A model generated the notes under the pieces. The model worked only from the letters and a program-made list of their open reading frames with translations. It had not been told where the DNA came from and ran no database searches. Source: an uncultured archaeon (GTDB taxonomy: Archaea > Iainarchaeota > Iainarchaeia > Iainarchaeales > VGJJ01). Taken from it: a stretch of DNA of 64,000 nucleotides. Below, in pieces: positions 37,735-48,568 of this stretch. Position 1 is the first letter of the stretch; each line of letters starts with the position of its first letter. The stretch covers positions 22,254 to 86,253 of the forward strand of contig CAYZPC010000002.1 in assembly GCA_964480705.1 (NCBI GenBank), given 5' to 3'. The position numbers and the translations under genes are program-made.

Positions 37735-37788
37735 TTTTGTTCACCAGATTAGAGTAATCGTCTCTCCGAAGTCTTTTAAATGCTTCAA

Positions 37789-38169
37789 TTAGACGCGTTT
37801 CTTTCTCCCTTTTTTTGTTGCTTCCGCAACTGCTTCGGATGCCTGTTGATGAACGGCATCTCCTAATTGTAACACTTTACTTTTTCCTTCATCCAAAACT
37901 AAGAGCGTGGAAATAACATAGGGTTTTCCACACACGTTTCCCAATTCCAAACCGTTTCCGGCGAATTTGTATACAGGAACATTGGCCAATGAAGCAATGT
38001 GAGCCATTTCTTCTAAATCAAGCGTGGGAGCGTTTTGCGTGACAACCAATAATTGTCCGTCGCCGTGTTTGAGGGAGTGGAGACTCTCCTTTCCACCAAA
38101 TAACACTTTTCCCGTGTCAACCGCACGGCGAATTTCTTTTCCTGCTTCGGCATGATCCATACTCCACAC
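37789..38169 (-). CDS. rpl30e: 50S ribosomal protein eL30 (L30e, L7Ae-fold)
   Basis: ...IRRAVDTGKVLFGGKES...VVTQNAP...VPVYKFAGNGLELGNVCGKPYVISTLLV; canonical position after rpoA''. Confidence 0.8.
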   Translation of the reverse strand: MWSMDHAEAGKEIRRAVDTGKVLFGGKESLHSLKHGDGQLLVVTQNAPTLDLEEMAHIASLANVPVYKFAGNGLELGNVCGKPYVISTLLVLDEGKSKVLQLGDAVHQQASEAVAEATKKGRKKRV

Positions 38170-38324
38170 CCCTCCTTGGGCACGTGTTTCTCATGGATTA
38201 AATGAGATTCTATACCTCAAACCCCTAGGAAAGGCATTTAAATCCGCTTCCCAGAGCCTGAAAGTAGCGGGCTCCTGAATGGCAGGCGCCCTCCACTTCT
38301 ACTCTATTATGGTTAATGACGAGT

Positions 38325-39536
<1,212 letters not shown>

Positions 39537-39540
39537 TCAC

Positions 39541-42174
39541 CTAATTTTTCTTTTCCTTGGTTGATTTGCGCTGCATATTTCGAATAATTTCATCCATGTT
39601 GGCAAAGTTTCCGCCACTCGTGCGTGCGGGGAAGACACCGTCTTCTCCGTAGCGGAATTGTACAACGTCCTTGTTGGCGGTTCGAACGGTTTCATCGTTC
39701 GCCACGTGCAAGTCCTTCAAGGAATTTGCCAGTCTTCGGTATAAGTATCCCGAAACCTTGGTGGCAACACCCGTGTCCACTTCACCTTGACGTCCACCCA
39801 TGGAGTGCATGAAGTATTCCGTGGGGTTCATTCCCTGTAGGAAGTTCGATGAAACGAATCCTCCAGCGCGGGGAGCGAGGTCGTTCTTCTCGTTCAATGC
39901 AATTAAGCGGCCCGTAAATCCTTTTTTGGGTCGTCCTGTTCGCACAGAGATTTGTCCCCAGAATCCGGACATGTTGGTCACATTCAGCATGCTTCCGCGT
40001 CCTCCGGAAACAATAATGGGCATCGTGTCCAGAGTGGGTCGTTTGGTGTCGAAGAGTTTTTTGAGTTTGTATTCTCCGAGCTTGGATTGTACTTTTGCTT
40101 TTGTTTTTCCACCTAAGCGGACCATCATGAGTTCGAAACTCTCTACCACTGTGCGTCCGGGAATCGGTTCGAGTTTTCCAGCAGCGAATTTCTCTGCCAA
40201 CTCGGTTCCTTCGCGGATTTCTTCTTCTAATGCTTCTTTTCGCACCGCATCCAATTCAGGAGTGTTTTCGAATTCCGCAATGCTAATCGTCAATCCTTTC
40301 GTTGTTAAGAGTTCGTGCGTCACGTGGGCCATGCGCGAATAGTATTGTTCCAATTCGTGCGCGGTGTAGTTTCGCAGAATACTTTCAACAAGGGCAGAAG
40401 ATGAATCAACGGTTCCTTGGATGAGTTTTCCGTCTTCAATTTTGACTTCCGACTCTTTGTACAGTGCTTCGTTTCCTTCGCGGGGAAGCTTGGCGACTTT
40501 CAATTGTCGCGCGGTGTTGTTCGAGTATTCTACGTTCAACTTCGCGGGCAATGCGTGCGAGTAGATGAGTTTTCCGGAGTATTTTTTTCCGCGATCGGGT
40601 TCGGGAAGCTCAGTAACACCCATGTTGTACAAATAGTGCATGGCTTCTTCTTTTGTGAATTCGGTCTGGTCCATCGTTAAGATGAATAATCCCGTCATGT
40701 CATCTTCTTGTCCGCCAATAACCGGCTGTCCGTGTCGGGGGGAGATAACTTGGTTTTCCACAAACATGAGTTCGCGCGCTTCGGAAATTCCTTCCTGTGT
40801 TTGCGGAACGTGCAAGTTCATTTCATCACCATCGAAGTCAGCGTTGTAGGGCTTACAAACCATCGGGTTCATTCGGATGGCCTTGTTGGGCACGACTTTG
40901 ACTTCGTGGGCAAGCATGGACAATCGATGCAGTGAGGGTTGTCGGTTGAACAACACGATGTCTCCGTCTTGGAGGACGCGTTCAACTTTGCTTCCCACTT
41001 CTAATTCGTCCGTGACTTCTTTTTTGTTGAGTTCGGTGACTTTCTTTCGCAATCCATTTGGTTTGGTCACGTACACAACCTTCTCACCCTTCTTGATGAG
41101 TTTCTTCATTTCTTCCATGTTCCATTCCGTCACGTGTTCGGGAACCGTGAGGTTGTTGGCAATGGGTTCGGGCACTCCCACTTGGTTAATGGACAAGTAG
41201 GGGTCTGGGATAATCGTTGATCGTGCCGCGTAATTGACTCGCTTTCCGGTCAAATTGTATCGGAAACGACCTTTCTTTCCTTTCAATCGCTGCAATAATG
41301 TTCGCAGGGAGCGTCCGGATCGGTGCTTGGCAGGAGGAACTCCTGCGGTGTCGTTGTCGAAGTACGTGGTGATGTGATACTGCAACAAGTCCCACAAGTC
41401 TTCAATGATGAGTTGCGGTGCACCAGCGTCAATGTTGTCTTTCAATCGCAAGTTAATGCGAATCACATCAACTAACTTGTGCGTCAAATCATCTTCGGAT
41501 TTGATTCCCGATTCCAATGTAATGGAGGGGCGAATCGTGATGGGGGGAACCTGCAACACGGTGAGAATGAACCATTCGGGTCGAAGTCGCGTGAGATCGT
41601 ATCCGAATAATTTCAAATCTTCTTCGGCAATTTTCTCCACCCATTCTCGGATTTGAGAGGGGTAGATTCGGTCCTTGTCTAAATAGAAGTTGGTGGGTTT
41701 GTCCAACAAAACTTCTGCGCGTGCCGCTCCGCAGTGGGGGCATTTGCGTTTGGTTTTGGTTTTTTTGACCAACAATTTGACGGCTTCTTCTTTGTCTAAT
41801 CGTTCGATGGATTTTTTGAAATCTTCAAGCGATTCGTCTTTCAGCGCGATTTTTCCGCATTCTTGACACGTTGCTTGTAGCAATTCTTCTAATTTGTTAG
41901 TAAATTTAGGGTGGGCAACCGGTCGCACGAGTTCGAGCGAGCCGAAGTGTCCGGGGCACTGCTTCATTTTTTGTCCGCAGGTTTTACAACGTAAAGAAGG
42001 GTTAATCACTCCCAAGTGCGGGTCCATGAGTCCGCCTTCCATGGGGTAACCATCTTTATCGTAGGTCTCTGGACTCTTGATTTCAATCGCAGACATTTTT
42101 CGCACGTTTTCCGGAGAAAGGACGCCGAATTCAATCAATTGGATTTTTTTCAACAACATGTTTGTTCCCTCCAT
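39541..42174 (-). CDS. rpoA1: DNA-directed RNA polymerase subunit A' (Rpo1N)
   Basis: Zn-finger CKTCGQKMKQCPGHFG; NADFDGDEMN catalytic motif. Confidence 0.95.
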   Translation of the reverse strand: MEGTNMLLKKIQLIEFGVLSPENVRKMSAIEIKSPETYDKDGYPMEGGLMDPHLGVINPSLRCKTCGQKMKQCPGHFGSLELVRPVAHPKFTNKLEELLQATCQECGKIALKDESLEDFKKSIERLDKEEAVKLLVKKTKTKRKCPHCGAARAEVLLDKPTNFYLDKDRIYPSQIREWVEKIAEEDLKLFGYDLTRLRPEWFILTVLQVPPITIRPSITLESGIKSEDDLTHKLVDVIRINLRLKDNIDAGAPQLIIEDLWDLLQYHITTYFDNDTAGVPPAKHRSGRSLRTLLQRLKGKKGRFRYNLTGKRVNYAARSTIIPDPYLSINQVGVPEPIANNLTVPEHVTEWNMEEMKKLIKKGEKVVYVTKPNGLRKKVTELNKKEVTDELEVGSKVERVLQDGDIVLFNRQPSLHRLSMLAHEVKVVPNKAIRMNPMVCKPYNADFDGDEMNLHVPQTQEGISEARELMFVENQVISPRHGQPVIGGQEDDMTGLFILTMDQTEFTKEEAMHYLYNMGVTELPEPDRGKKYSGKLIYSHALPAKLNVEYSNNTARQLKVAKLPREGNEALYKESEVKIEDGKLIQGTVDSSSALVESILRNYTAHELEQYYSRMAHVTHELLTTKGLTISIAEFENTPELDAVRKEALEEEIREGTELAEKFAAGKLEPIPGRTVVESFELMMVRLGGKTKAKVQSKLGEYKLKKLFDTKRPTLDTMPIIVSGGRGSMLNVTNMSGFWGQISVRTGRPKKGFTGRLIALNEKNDLAPRAGGFVSSNFLQGMNPTEYFMHSMGGRQGEVDTGVATKVSGYLYRRLANSLKDLHVANDETVRTANKDVVQFRYGEDGVFPARTSGGNFANMDEIIRNMQRKSTKEKKN

Positions 42175-42180
42175 TTCTCC

Positions 42181-44028
42181 TTATGCGCGGTCCATCAATT
42201 TCATTTTTGGATAAATTCCCAATGCTTTCAATTCGTCGAGCAAGAGTTTGAATCCGTATGACATTTGCACCGGGTACACGCTCGTACTCTCACACATGGG
42301 GCAGTATCTCTTCTTTCGGATTTGGTCATTCACGGCAATGACTCCGCAGTTATCACAAACGAGTTCGGTGACTTTGTCCGAATCATCAATGAACTTTTCC
42401 TGCAACAGCATGGCAGCACCGTGTCCAACCAAGGTTTCTCCTTCCATTTCTCCGAAACGGAGTCCGCCTTCCTTTTCTTTTCCTTCCGTAGGCTGGCGCG
42501 TGAGGATTTGCACCGGTCCGCGGGAGCGTGCTTGAAGCTTGTGCGCAACCATGTGGAATAATCGACGATAGGCAATGACACCCGTGTAGATTTCTCCTTC
42601 AATTTTCTTTCCAGTTCGTCCGTCGTAGAAGGCTTCTTTTCCATCGGAGCGGAAACCGAAGTGTTCCAAAATTTTCTTCGATTCTTCAACGGGATCCTCG
42701 TTAAACGGTGTTCCATCAATTGTTTTTCCGCCCAATGCAGCGGCTTTTCCGGTGAGCATTTCGAGCATGTGTCCAATGGTCATTCGCGTAGGAATGGCGT
42801 GCGGGTTCAGCATCAAGTCGGGTCGCACACCGCTTTCGGTGAAAGGCATGTCTTCTTCGGGAATGATTGCTCCCAATACTCCTTTTTGTCCGTGTTTGGA
42901 GGCAAATTTGTCGCCCGGTTCTGGCGTCATGCATGAGCGGACTTTCACTTTAGCAATGCGTGCACCCGATGTTCCTTCGGTTAAAATAACGCGGTCAACA
43001 ACTCCAGGCTTTCCTTTTCGGGGAAAGAGCGAGGCTTCGCGTCGTTTTTCTTGAATGACACCAAATTCGGTGATTTCTTCTAAGAATCGCGGCGGGGATG
43101 TTTTTCCAATAATCACGTCTTTGTCGGAGACCGATGTTTCCAACTCGGCCAAGCCATCAATTCCTAATTTTTTGTAGGGTTCTTCACCTAAATGTCCTAC
43201 CGCGTCTTCGGCGGGGATTTCAAATTTATCCACTTGTCCGCCGGGGTAGCGTGTTTCTTCGCTTTCGTAATTGCGGAAATAGGCAGCGCGTCCGAGTCCT
43301 CGGTCAACAGCGCCTTTGTTCAACACCACTGAGTCTAAAACGTTGAATCCCATGTAGGGCATGATGGCCACGACAAAGTTCTGAATCATCGGCCGTTGAT
43401 CGGTGTTCAAAAAATCCAGTGTTTTAGTTCGCACGAGTTCGCGCTGAGGATAATACAGCAAATAGGATTCGGTGTCCGTGCGCAAATTATAGTTGGCGGA
43501 GGGAATTCCCAATGCTTGTTTGAACACTTTGGCACCATGCAATGTTTTTCCAGCCAAGTTGTGTTCCAAAAAGGGAATCATGGATGAAATGACAGAGAAA
43601 ATTCCCATGGGGTTGATTTCCAAATGCGTTGTTTTGGGAGTAATGTCTTCTTCGCGGAGTGCGACTTGGGCGGTTTCTTCTTCTTCCGCATCCAAGTATT
43701 CAATATATCCCTGGTTGACTAAATCATTCCACGTGAGTTTGCCGTCTTTGATTTGTTTAATAGTTTCTTTTGTCACGCGGGGCTTTCCGCTCTCAACCAC
43801 GATAACGGGTCGCTGCACGCGTCCGGAGTCTGTGTTCACGTACAATTCAAAGTTGTCTTCGTGCAGGGCGATGTTGACATGCGCATCAATTTTTCCTGTG
43901 CGGCGCTTGTTCACCAAGTCTTTGGTCAACTTGTGAATGTCTTTATGGAAACCCACGAGTTTTCCATTCACGAACACTTTTCCTTCTTGTGCAGCCATGT
44001 TTTTTTCACCCCGTCCCTTTTTCTCCAA
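42181..44028 (-). CDS. rpoB1: DNA-directed RNA polymerase subunit B' (Rpo2C, C-terminal half of split RpoB)
   Basis: ...KFASKHGQKGV...; C-terminal Zn motif CDNCG...CPMCES. Confidence 0.9.
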   Translation of the reverse strand: MEKKGRGEKNMAAQEGKVFVNGKLVGFHKDIHKLTKDLVNKRRTGKIDAHVNIALHEDNFELYVNTDSGRVQRPVIVVESGKPRVTKETIKQIKDGKLTWNDLVNQGYIEYLDAEEEETAQVALREEDITPKTTHLEINPMGIFSVISSMIPFLEHNLAGKTLHGAKVFKQALGIPSANYNLRTDTESYLLYYPQRELVRTKTLDFLNTDQRPMIQNFVVAIMPYMGFNVLDSVVLNKGAVDRGLGRAAYFRNYESEETRYPGGQVDKFEIPAEDAVGHLGEEPYKKLGIDGLAELETSVSDKDVIIGKTSPPRFLEEITEFGVIQEKRREASLFPRKGKPGVVDRVILTEGTSGARIAKVKVRSCMTPEPGDKFASKHGQKGVLGAIIPEEDMPFTESGVRPDLMLNPHAIPTRMTIGHMLEMLTGKAAALGGKTIDGTPFNEDPVEESKKILEHFGFRSDGKEAFYDGRTGKKIEGEIYTGVIAYRRLFHMVAHKLQARSRGPVQILTRQPTEGKEKEGGLRFGEMEGETLVGHGAAMLLQEKFIDDSDKVTELVCDNCGVIAVNDQIRKKRYCPMCESTSVYPVQMSYGFKLLLDELKALGIYPKMKLMDRA

Positions 44029-44030
44029 CC

Positions 44031-45506
44031 TTACTTCAAATACACGTCCATTCCTTTCAGCAATTTTTCAACTGGTTCAGGATTCACATCCTGTGTAACT
44101 TCCGAGAACAATCCCAAATTCTTCACCAAACCACATTGGGGTCCGTCCGGCGTTTCAATACAGCAAAGTCTTCCCCAGTGCGTTCCGTGAACATCACGCG
44201 CTTCATACAGTTCGCGGTTTTTGTTCAACGGAGATTTAACTTTTCGGAATTCCGTGAGGGGTCCCAAATAGTTCACGCGGTCCATGAAGCGTGAAACACC
44301 TGTTGAGCGGCCAATCCAGTTTCCGGTGCTCATTCCGAACAGAATACGTTCAGTCACGGCGCCGGGGCGAACAACCGTTGAAATGTTTAATTTTCGTCTT
44401 CGTGTGACGGTTCGGTCGATTTGGAATGTCAAATCTTTAATGAAATATTTGAATGAATGTCGGAACAAATGTTCCATGAGTTTTCCCGATAATTCGAGTC
44501 GCTTGTTGGCGTAATGATCCTTGTCATCTTGTCCGCGCAATCCGTTGGCTCGTTCAATGGCACGTGTGGCCATGGTGGAGAGGAAGTATGCTTTCGCGCG
44601 GCGGTCATCTTTCTTGTCTCCGATGTGCGGGAGCAAGAATGCGTCGATGACTTCTTGCGCTCGTCGGAGGCGATAATCAATAACTTGTCCCGGCGCCACA
44701 TATTTACCGATTCGATCCAAGGCTTCTTCTTCATCTTTCACGTCCATGGCTTCCATGTTGATGATGACATCATTCATGATCTCATTGAGAGATGGGAATG
44801 CTTCGAGAATTTCTTTTTCGGTTTTGAGTCCTAATGCTTTCAACAGCACAAACAATCGCAGCTTGCGCGGAGAGGCTGGAAAACTGACGCTCAACAAACC
44901 ATCTTTAGCGCGTGTAACACGTACACGTCCTTTGAATGCACCTTTGGTGGAGATAACTTCGGCGCTTGTTTTGTCATCCGCTGATTCGGTGATGAGAATT
45001 CGGTCCGAGGAGAGAACTTCCTGCGCAGTCAATGCTTTTTCGCTTCCATTGATGACGAAGTATCCGCCGAAGTCCATGGGGTCTTCTCCCATTGAGATTA
45101 ATTCCTCAGCTGTTTTTCCTTGCAGGTGGCACAATTTTGATTTCAACATCACGGGCAGTTCGCCGATGTATGTTTTCTTCACGTCTTGTTCAACATCGCG
45201 TCGTAACAAGCGCATGGTGAGGAACAACGGTGCCGAGTATGTTCGGTTTCGCATGCGTGCTTCCATGGGATAAAAATCATTTCGCGGAGAACCATCGGCT
45301 TCCACGATGCGCGGTTTCAACACTTCAATGTCTTCGAGTTCAATTCGAACTTCTTCAATTTTCGGCGTAATGGTTTTGTTTTCGTGAATAATTTCAGTAA
45401 GTTTGTCATCTACAAATTGATTGTAGGAGTTGATGTTCATCTGCGCGAAGTTGCGAGACTTAAACCAGCTTTCTACGAGTGCGTATTGATCCCAACCTTG
45501 CGCCAT
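44031..45506 (-). CDS. rpoB2: DNA-directed RNA polymerase subunit B'' (Rpo2N, N-terminal half of split RpoB)
   Basis: 491 aa N-terminal RpoB domains; immediately upstream of B'. Confidence 0.9.
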   Translation of the reverse strand: MAQGWDQYALVESWFKSRNFAQMNINSYNQFVDDKLTEIIHENKTITPKIEEVRIELEDIEVLKPRIVEADGSPRNDFYPMEARMRNRTYSAPLFLTMRLLRRDVEQDVKKTYIGELPVMLKSKLCHLQGKTAEELISMGEDPMDFGGYFVINGSEKALTAQEVLSSDRILITESADDKTSAEVISTKGAFKGRVRVTRAKDGLLSVSFPASPRKLRLFVLLKALGLKTEKEILEAFPSLNEIMNDVIINMEAMDVKDEEEALDRIGKYVAPGQVIDYRLRRAQEVIDAFLLPHIGDKKDDRRAKAYFLSTMATRAIERANGLRGQDDKDHYANKRLELSGKLMEHLFRHSFKYFIKDLTFQIDRTVTRRRKLNISTVVRPGAVTERILFGMSTGNWIGRSTGVSRFMDRVNYLGPLTEFRKVKSPLNKNRELYEARDVHGTHWGRLCCIETPDGPQCGLVKNLGLFSEVTQDVNPEPVEKLLKGMDVYLK

Positions 45507-45737
45507 TTACACCACTCTCCGATAGTATAATGTTTCTCCCGCCACGGGGGAGTTTCGAGTAATGCGAATAATGTCTCCCACTTTCGCACCAAGTTCTTGC
45601 GACATGGGATCTTCTTGTGAAATTTGAGGAAGTTTGTCTACGTCAATTCCAAATTGTAAAAAAAGTTTTTGCGTTTCATCTGCAGAAAGAATTTCGTGTT
45701 TAGGAACTAAATGGTGTTCAGATAGTGACTTCAGCAT
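45507..45737 (-). CDS. rpoH: DNA-directed RNA polymerase subunit H (Rpo5)
   Basis: 76 aa; HHLVPKHEILSADE...GDIIRITRNSPVAGETLYYRRVV. Confidence 0.85.
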   Translation of the reverse strand: MLKSLSEHHLVPKHEILSADETQKLFLQFGIDVDKLPQISQEDPMSQELGAKVGDIIRITRNSPVAGETLYYRRVV

Positions 45738-45887
45738 GTCCCCTCAGCTCCGTTTTTTTAGTACAGCGCTTGGAAAAAAAGGGACCGGTATTTCACGGAC
45801 TTTAAAACGATGAATCGTTCCCCACGTTAAACGTTAACCCAAACCGCTGCACAATCCTCAAAGGATACTCAAAGGTCCCAAGAAACC

Positions 45888-45895
45888 CTTATAAA
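45888..45895 (-). promoter_or_regulatory. candidate TATA box (CTTTATAAGG on minus strand) upstream of rpoH, putative start of the rpo/translation super-operon
   Basis: Sequence only; ~150 nt upstream of rpoH ATG. Confidence 0.25.
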
Positions 45896-45989
45896 GTTGT
45901 TCGTGTGCTGGAAAAAAATAGGTTAAAATGGGCAAAAATGACCCAAAATGAGGGTTTTAGAGGACGTTATGCTATGAGAAAAAGTTCTT

Positions 45990-46241
45990 TTAGCGTTTTT
46001 TCTTCTTCTTTTTCCGGGAAGACGGGCTCTTTGGGCTCCGCGCAATCATGTCCTCATGCACTTCCTTCATGGGGTTAGCGAAGAGTCCATAGAAAATAAT
46101 GGCCAGCAGGAGAACGAGCAGCCCCCACGTGCGATGGGTTTCCACGAGAAGCAGTGCAACGGCGAGCACGAGCAGGATGGCGACTCCAAAGAGGTATTGT
46201 TTCATACACCGCTCGTGTTTCCCGGAGTTAAAAAAACCCAA
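45990..46241 (-). CDS. small membrane protein (83 aa, 2 TM, poly-Lys C-terminus)
   Basis: ORF track; hydrophobic core; ends SRKKKKKKR. Confidence 0.35.
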   Translation of the reverse strand: MGFFNSGKHERCMKQYLFGVAILLVLAVALLLVETHRTWGLLVLLLAIIFYGLFANPMKEVHEDMIARSPKSPSSRKKKKKKR

Positions 46242-46342
46242 GCATGTGAAAAATCGCCCATATTCAACCGGCGAAAGCGCGTAATTCTAACGAATTTTTT
46301 GGCGAACAAAGCGTTGCACGAGCCCGAAATCAAGGATAAGGT

Positions 46343-46350
46343 ATTTATAG
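46343..46350 (+). promoter_or_regulatory. candidate TATA box (ATTTATAG) centred ~25 nt upstream of the GT2 ATG (leaderless-type promoter)
   Basis: Sequence aaggtATTTATAGgcgaattgggtccattccgccATG; spacing typical of archaeal leaderless transcripts. Confidence 0.35.
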
Positions 46351-46371
46351 GCGAATTGGGTCCATTCCGCC

Positions 46372-47367
46372 ATGAAAACCGCTCCCAGTACGTCCCAAAA
46401 CGAAATCGTTGTCCTAATGCCGGCACGCAACGAGTCGCGAAACATTCCGTCGGCACTCTACGCAGTCAATTCCTCTCAGAATGTGGATGGTTCCATTCAC
46501 ACGATTGTGGGCGCGAACGCATGCACCGACAACACGGTAGAAGTGCTGGAAACCCTTAAGCTTAAACAAAAAAATTTGGATTATGTGGTGGAGAGCGTTC
46601 CAGGAAAACCGCGTGCATTAAACGCATTAATTGATCGCGCGGAAAAAACGAGAAAAATGAGCGGAGACGATGTGGTTTTATTTTTGGATGCCAATGCCCA
46701 CGTGCAGGATTCCACTATTTCAGACTTGACGGTGATGTTGAAGCAAAACAAAAACCTCAACGCTGTCACTGCAAATGATGTAAGCCCCGTTCCTGCGAGC
46801 GGTTCAGTGTTGGAACACTTGTTGTTTGGCGTGAGTGAAATTTCATTATCATCGTTGGCATTGCGCGATCGAAAAGCATCGTGTATGGCGGTTCGCGCCA
46901 AAGCAGTGCGCGGAGTACGCTTCCCCGAGAATGTAATGGCGGATGATTTGTGGTTGCAAATGTATTTGGGCATTGACACCGTGGACACGCACCCCACCGC
47001 CGCAGTTACTGTGCAAGCCCCTCGAACATTTTTCCGCTTTGCCGAAGCACGAGTGAAACACATGATGGGATTGTATCAGCTTGAAGAATTTTTTTCTCCA
47101 CAACATGTTCGAGAAAATTTTCCCACGGGAACACACGAGCACGCAGAAGCATTGCTGCGCGACGGTGAGTTGCAGGATGAGTTTGTGAAACTTCCCGGAA
47201 TTTATCAAGCCGCCACTCTGCTCGCCATGCCCTTGCATGCCGCATTCAAAGTAGCCGCATGGGTGGGATATCGAATGTCTCCTCAGATGAAGAATCATTC
47301 AAAGCCCATTCCTCAAATGACTGAAGCGCGTTCACGCGCCAAGTCTAGACGCCCCGCGCACGCATAA
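46372..47367 (+). CDS. family-2 glycosyltransferase (possible carotenoid/isoprenoid glycosyltransferase given context)
   Basis: N-terminal VVLMPARNESRNI...; DxD-like region FLDANAHV; GT-A fold pattern. Confidence 0.75.
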   Translation: MKTAPSTSQNEIVVLMPARNESRNIPSALYAVNSSQNVDGSIHTIVGANACTDNTVEVLETLKLKQKNLDYVVESVPGKPRALNALIDRAEKTRKMSGDDVVLFLDANAHVQDSTISDLTVMLKQNKNLNAVTANDVSPVPASGSVLEHLLFGVSEISLSSLALRDRKASCMAVRAKAVRGVRFPENVMADDLWLQMYLGIDTVDTHPTAAVTVQAPRTFFRFAEARVKHMMGLYQLEEFFSPQHVRENFPTGTHEHAEALLRDGELQDEFVKLPGIYQAATLLAMPLHAAFKVAAWVGYRMSPQMKNHSKPIPQMTEARSRAKSRRPAHA

Positions 47368-47421
47368 TTATCACGCGTCGCGTGTGCGCAGGCTAATATA
47401 CTTTTTTTCATTCATACACGT

Positions 47422-47745
47422 ATGAGTTTCACATACGCACTCTATTTGCTTTTCGCCCTCGCGGGGACGCTTGCATTTATGCGTGTGTTTACTATTTCAT
47501 TCACCACAAAGCAAATGAAAGCCATTTTATTTTCGCTGCTGGCAACGATGATTGTTTTCACCGCGTGGGATATGTGGGCCGTGGAACAAAAACACTGGTC
47601 ATTTGGTCTGCAGCACACGCTGAACATTTTGATTGGCAATCAACCCCTTGAAGAAATAGCATTTTTTCTCGTGATTCCATTTTTTGGAATCGTTTTGTGG
47701 GAGATGATGGGGAAATTCACCCAAACGAGGGCGAAAACAAAATGA
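47422..47745 (+). CDS. lycopene cyclase domain protein, subunit 1 of heterodimeric cyclase (CrtYc-like)
   Basis: ~100-aa 3-TM protein with conserved PLEEIAFFLVIPF (P.EE..FF) motif. Confidence 0.7.
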   Translation: MSFTYALYLLFALAGTLAFMRVFTISFTTKQMKAILFSLLATMIVFTAWDMWAVEQKHWSFGLQHTLNILIGNQPLEEIAFFLVIPFFGIVLWEMMGKFTQTRAKTK

Positions 47746-48035
47746 TGCAATACACACTCGCGGTTTCCATTGGATTTTTTCTCGTAATGGCACTTGACCG
47801 CGCGCTGCGCACGAATATTATTCGACTCACCCCCCAATTAGTGTTCACTACTCTAATTTTCCTCACATTTCAGCTTATTTTTGATAATTATTTTACCGCG
47901 CTAGGGATTTGGGTGTTCAATCCAAGCGAAACGCTTGGAATTTTTGTTCCATTCATTCCAATAGAAAATTTATTTTTCGGAATTGAAATGCTTTGGTTTA
48001 CACTAATTCTTTTTGAATGGTCGCAGAGGAAATGA
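47742..48035 (+). CDS. lycopene cyclase domain protein, subunit 2 (CrtYd-like); ATGA start/stop overlap with subunit 1
   Basis: 3-TM protein with PIENLFFGIEMLWF motif; track ORF begins earlier at 47697 in the same frame. Confidence 0.7.
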   Translation: MMQYTLAVSIGFFLVMALDRALRTNIIRLTPQLVFTTLIFLTFQLIFDNYFTALGIWVFNPSETLGIFVPFIPIENLFFGIEMLWFTLILFEWSQRK

Positions 48036-48568
48036 GAATGTGGAAAAAAATTCGCCGCAAGTGGGGCCGCGCCCTTTTTTTGAAAAATATTAATAAGCTC
48101 ACGCAGCGAATTGAACGCAATTATGCTGAGTTAGAACACATCTACGAACCATTAGGTGACATTGAAAATATGTTTGCGCTGAATAAAAAAATTGGCGCAG
48201 ACATACAGCAGATTGAGCACGAAAAACTGAAACGTAAAAAGGGATGGCGCGGCCTGATTCGCGCGGCGTGGGCATGGAGGGCCTATCGCGATTTGCGCGA
48301 ACAAAAATTTATCAAAAGCACCAGTTCAGAACAATACATCAAAGCTCGCGATGCATTGATTCGGATTGATTTATTGGAGCTGGGCCTGAAGAAAGAAATT
48401 CTCTCCGATAGAGAGGCATCTGAATTGTTTGTGCTTCGCCGTCAAAAAAAGAATTTTGAGAAGGCAGTTGCTAATTATCAAAAAGCGGTTGTGCTGGCAG
48501 CTGCGCGAAAAGAAAGGAAGTCTATTTCTTCGCGAAAATCTTCTCCGCACACGTCCGGGCAGAAATAA
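48017..48568 (+). CDS. hypothetical basic alpha-helical protein (183 aa)
   Basis: ORF track only; overlaps CrtYd by 19 bp and the convergent crtI 3' end by 47 bp. Confidence 0.3.
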   Translation: MVAEEMRMWKKIRRKWGRALFLKNINKLTQRIERNYAELEHIYEPLGDIENMFALNKKIGADIQQIEHEKLKRKKGWRGLIRAAWAWRAYRDLREQKFIKSTSSEQYIKARDALIRIDLLELGLKKEILSDREASELFVLRRQKKNFEKAVANYQKAVVLAAARKERKSISSRKSSPHTSGQK

